In this document: positions 60,056 through 64,000 of the stretch, in pieces
Numbering within the stretch: position 1 is the first letter of the stretch
Layout: each line of letters starts with the position of its first letter
NCBI GenBank assembly: GCA_030390025.1
Contig: CM059432.1
Span: 37,264,001-37,328,000, forward strand
Length of the DNA stretch: 64,000 bases
Direction of reading: 5' to 3'
Source of the DNA: Squalus acanthias
Taxonomy: Eukaryota
Program-made: the position numbers and the translations under genes
The notes under the pieces: generated by a model
Seen by the model: only the letters and a program-made list of their open reading frames with translations
Databases searched by the model: none
What the model was told of the DNA's origin: nothing

Positions 60056-60554
60056 TCAAGTTTTTAGGCTGCACCAAATGGTTTTCTTGAGTCCAGTGAC
60101 AAAAGTCATTTCTGTAGGTAAGCCCACTCGCCCAGTTAACTTAAATGACTTTATATGCCAATCAGAACACTCTCGTTATTGTCATTTGCTAACTGGATAT
60201 GACAGCAGCCCTTCCATGTATATGGATAATGGAAGAATAATCCAGTGGTTCTCAAACTGGGGTTTGTGCAGACAGGCCGGTAAACAGCAGAGGGGCAGGA
60301 AAAAAACCTGAAAGACTCAGCAGCTGTGCAGTGAGTAGGCGGGCGGAGGAAGGTTACACCTGAAACGGTGCCAGTGTTCCCAACAGGAGCCACCGAGCCT
60401 AATCCCACTCCAGGCAGAGCAGGGAGGTGTTGTGCGGTGAAGTATTCAACAGGCCTGTTGCTGAACCTGTCGGGTTACCTTTCAACTGAAGGGAAAATAA
60501 AAGTTTTCACATCACCAATCACATCAGTGTTCACTGGGGGTGATCGCGACTCCT

Positions 60555-61457
60555 AGGAACATAGGAACAGGAGGAGGCCATTTAGCCCCTCGAGCCTGTT
60601 CCACCATTCAATGAGATCACGGCTGATCTGTGACCTAACCCCATATACCCGCCTTTGCCCCATATCCCTTAATACCTTTGGTTAACAAAAATCTATCGAT
60701 CTCAGATTTAAAATTAACAATTGATCTGGCATCAATTGCCATTTGCGGAAGAGAGTTCCAAACTTCTACCACCCTTTGTGTGTAGAAATGTTTCCTAATT
60801 TCACTCCTGAAAGGTTGGGCTCTAATTTTTAGACTATGTCCCCAGTCCTAGACTCCCCAACCAGTACAAATAGTTTCTCTCTATCTACCTTATCTGTCCC
60901 CCTTAATATCTTGAAAACTTAGATCAAATCACCCTTAACCTTATAAATTCTAAGGAATACAACCCAGTTTTTGTAATCTCTCCTCGTAATTTAACCCTTG
61001 GAGTCCGGGTATCATTCTGGTAAACATACTCTGCACTCCCTCCAAGGCCAATATATCCTTCCTAAGGTGTGGTGCCCAGAACTGCTCACAGTACTCCAGG
61101 TGTGGTCTAACCAGGGTTTTCTTTGCTGTCGCATAACTTCTACCCCCTTGTATTCTAGTCCTCTAAATATAAAGGCCAGCATTCCTTTAGCCTTTTGATT
61201 TATTTTTGTACCTGTTCATGACAGTTCAATGATCCATGTACCTGGATCCCCAAGTCTCTTTGGACCTCCACTGTTTTTAGCTTTTCACCATTTTGAAAGT
61301 ACCCTGTTCTATCCTTTTTACGTCCAAAGTGGATGACCTCACATTTGCTTACATTGAAATCCATTTGCCACAGTTTTGCCCATTCACTTAATCTATCAAT
61401 ATCCCTTTGTAATGTAATGCTTTCATCTACACTGCCTACAATGCCACCTATCTTTGT
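60555..61457 (-). mobile_element. CR1 LINE 3' part, same subfamily as 45347-50878
   Basis: Very similar 3' UTR and TKIGGIVGSVDE..WAKLWQMDFN..KC motif. Confidence 0.88.
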
Positions 61458-63097
61458 CTCCATGGGAAGGTGTTTTTGATTTTTTTCCCAAAAACTTACC
61501 TTTGGTTGGCAGCTGCAGGGACTGCATTGTGTGGTGGTTGTGTTGGACACCAGGTGAAGGGTGTAGGATTTTTTTAAGGTTTTTTGTAAAGCATTTTCAG
61601 ACACATAATATAGTTTTTGTAAAGAGCTGTGACCTGTTAGAGATTAAATAAAGCCACTAATGAGGTTTATAAACCAAAAAATAGCAACTCATGATTTCTT
61701 ACCAAATCTCATGATTTTTAAGAGTTTGTCTCATGATTTATGAGAGGGTGGGCTTGGCATTACTGAGTTCCTGAGAGGAAAAGGCATTTCCAGCTAGGGG
61801 GGATAAGCTGCTCAGTGTGAGTTACTGGTTACCATGGCCGCCTGGAACTTGCTTAATTAGCTCAGGGAGTTGGCGAGGAATTTTCCAAAGCTTTCCTGAA
61901 TTGATTTCAGGATCCCCACCCCCCCTGTTTTTTTTCCTCTCTCAAGAAGCAGTGTGGTTAGGGGATTGGGACAGTGTATGTGGTCGGATGTGGCCAGTTT
62001 TATGGACCAGATGGACTTTTCTCACACTTCCTTTTGCGTGATTGTAGACTTAACCGAATTTGGCCGTACTATTCCATTGGTCTCCTCGCCCGCCTCACAA
62101 CCTCCACCCTCCTTAAAATCCAGTTCATCCAAAACCTGCATCTTGAAAATCTTTTGAGTGGAAATCAATCTAACAAATTTTTAAAAATCATTTTGGACAC
62201 ATGCGCCACTTCCTTGAGGAATTAATTACGGAGTGAGTGTGAAATTTTAGCCCCTGTGATTCCAAAGGCAACACATTTAAATCTGCTGCCAGATTTGCCA
62301 AAATATTGGAACGGTAAATGACCATTTGATTCCTTTTTCAGAGGTCACCCCCATCTACCCACATTCTCACCAGCCCCCTCCTTCCTCCAGAACCCCAACT
62401 GATTGTTTCTCCGATTCATTTCACTATCCACTTCTGCCTAGGTACCTTGTTCCACAACTTGATTAGCCTTTGGCTGAAAACTGTTCCCTTTCTTACTCCT
62501 AATGTCCTCATTTTTTAATTTGCGTCCCCTGGGATCTGAACCCTTCTCCACACGGGATAATTTGCCCAGGTCAAATTTGTCATTCCCTTCATAACCTTGA
62601 AAACTTCTGTTAAATGGTTCCTGCTTCTTCTAAACAAAGTGTCCCAGCTCCCTGCCATCCTGTTTGCTGCAGCGTATGTGAAGTAACAAATAGCTCAACA
62701 TAGATCGGGAAGCAAAGTTAGGTCTTGATGGAGTCCCACTTTATTGAGTCTGATGTACCTCATTAATCTGCAAGTGTCACTTCCACAACAATCCCAAAGA
62801 TTTAAAACTGCTGGTTTGGTGATACCTGATAGACTCTATATATTTCTCCCTTGCCTCCCTCTCTCTTTTTCTCTGCTCCAATTTGATTTAATCAGCTTTT
62901 GTATTCTTTGCCCGTTTGCACAGTCTCTCATGTTCATCTTGACATTCTTAATTTACTAAGGAGGTTTAAACATAATTAGATAACCTGCAGGTTGCTTTCT
63001 TCTGCTGCGTCTTGAGGTTCTGCTTTGCGTATCCCACTCGGTGGTTCTGTCTTTCGACTTCACAAGACAAAGATTAAAGTGTACCAGACTCTCCAAC

Positions 63098-63560
63098 CTC
63101 GATTTTAACTCCCACCACCTGGCAGAAACCAGGCAGGGGGGCAGTTAAAATGGAGCGGGGTGACTTACCCACTCCTTTCCCACCCCGATCTGACCGACTG
63201 CAATTTTCAAATTGCAGGCTGCACGGACACTCGCCCCAAGCCGGCAGGGTCCTCTTTAAATATGCAGATCGGGCTCCGATGACGTCATTGGCGCGTGATC
63301 AGCTATTTTAATCTGAGGCCTGAGCAGGGGGCTTCCCCACCAGGCCAACTCTGCCGGGAACAGCAGTCATGGCCAGAAGAGGTTCAGCGAAGTAAGTGTT
63401 TTTATAAAATTTGTTTCCTTCGGAGCCCACAAGGAAAACTTGGGCCTTTCCTGTCCCAGGTTCCCTGCCCCACCCCTTGATGGGGATTCCCCTCCCGGAG
63501 CCCTCTGAAGGACTTGCCTTGTGCCGGGGACCATTCCCGTGGACACGCAATGACTGTCTA
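63098..63560. mobile_element. Harbinger-like MITE, third copy of the terminal-hairpin family
   Basis: CGATTTTAAC..GCAGAAACC..GCAGTTAAAAT hairpin and CTTTAAATATGCA..CTCCGATGA block shared with the copies at 874 and 18986. Confidence 0.55.
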
Positions 63561-64000
63561 TCTGGGTGAAGTACCAGAGGGAAACCGACAGCCATGGGAA
63601 AATGGAACAAAGAAAGTTTAACCTTGTTACATCCCTCAGTACATCCCAAAGCTATTTTCACGTTGACTGAATTACAATGAATTAAAAAAGATGTGATAGA
63701 GCAGCAACAGCAGGTAATCGTAAATTCAGACAACAAATAAATAGAAAGACCCAGAGAGATAAGGGGACATGTTGCAAGCCCGCGAATTCAATTATCTATT
63801 GGTAGACAGCAACACTGATGGATTTAAAAGTAAACCTAATGGCAAACCCCCTCTGGGATTATAGTGCATCATTTAGTTCAATACCCAGATAGACTTGAAG
63901 AGCATAAAACTCTGGTTCGATTGAATTATTTGTTCAAATGACTTAAATTCCTTTTAATTTTCAAAATGTAGATCTCTTCCATATATTAAATAAAACATCC

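Noticed and set aside
58998..60311. Long Ser/Leu/Pro-rich or Arg/Glu-rich ORFs
   Set aside because: Low-complexity GA tract that lacks stop codons by composition.
55417..64000. Next CSPG5 exon (rest of EGF domain and transmembrane segment)
   Set aside because: No CNTQDY..HKG.RC-like coding stretch found by eye; probably beyond the window.

Overview
Vertebrate genomic DNA, most likely a shark or other cartilaginous fish; this is inferred from the repeat families (DeuSINE/SacSINE1-like SINEs, CR1 LINEs with (ATTCTATG)n tails, Penelope-like ends). One host gene is supported: the 5' part of CSPG5 (neuroglycan C / CALEB) on the + strand. It has a signal-peptide exon at 43340-43445, a 10.7 kb intron, and a 1,282 nt ectodomain exon at 54135-55416 that stops inside the EGF-like domain; later exons were not found in the window. 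Most of the rest is decayed, often nested, mobile DNA: CR1 LINEs (two near full-length), a second CR1/L2-group LINE family ('LINE-B'), an RTE LINE, Harbinger transposons and MITEs, a hAT fragment, a Tigger-like MITE, two solo LTRs, Penelope-like elements, SINEs and satellites. The best second-look items are a minimal hammerhead ribozyme motif in a Penelope-like end inside CSPG5 intron 1, a CR1>Harbinger>RTE nest that creates a chimeric RT-transposase ORF, a tRNA-headed SINE built from both ends of LINE-B, a long perfect hairpin inside a MITE, and a CSPG5 ectodomain lacking the poly-acidic tract. I see no evidence for a wholly new multi-gene system. Family names come from motif recognition, not database searches, and boundaries of degenerate repeats are approximate.
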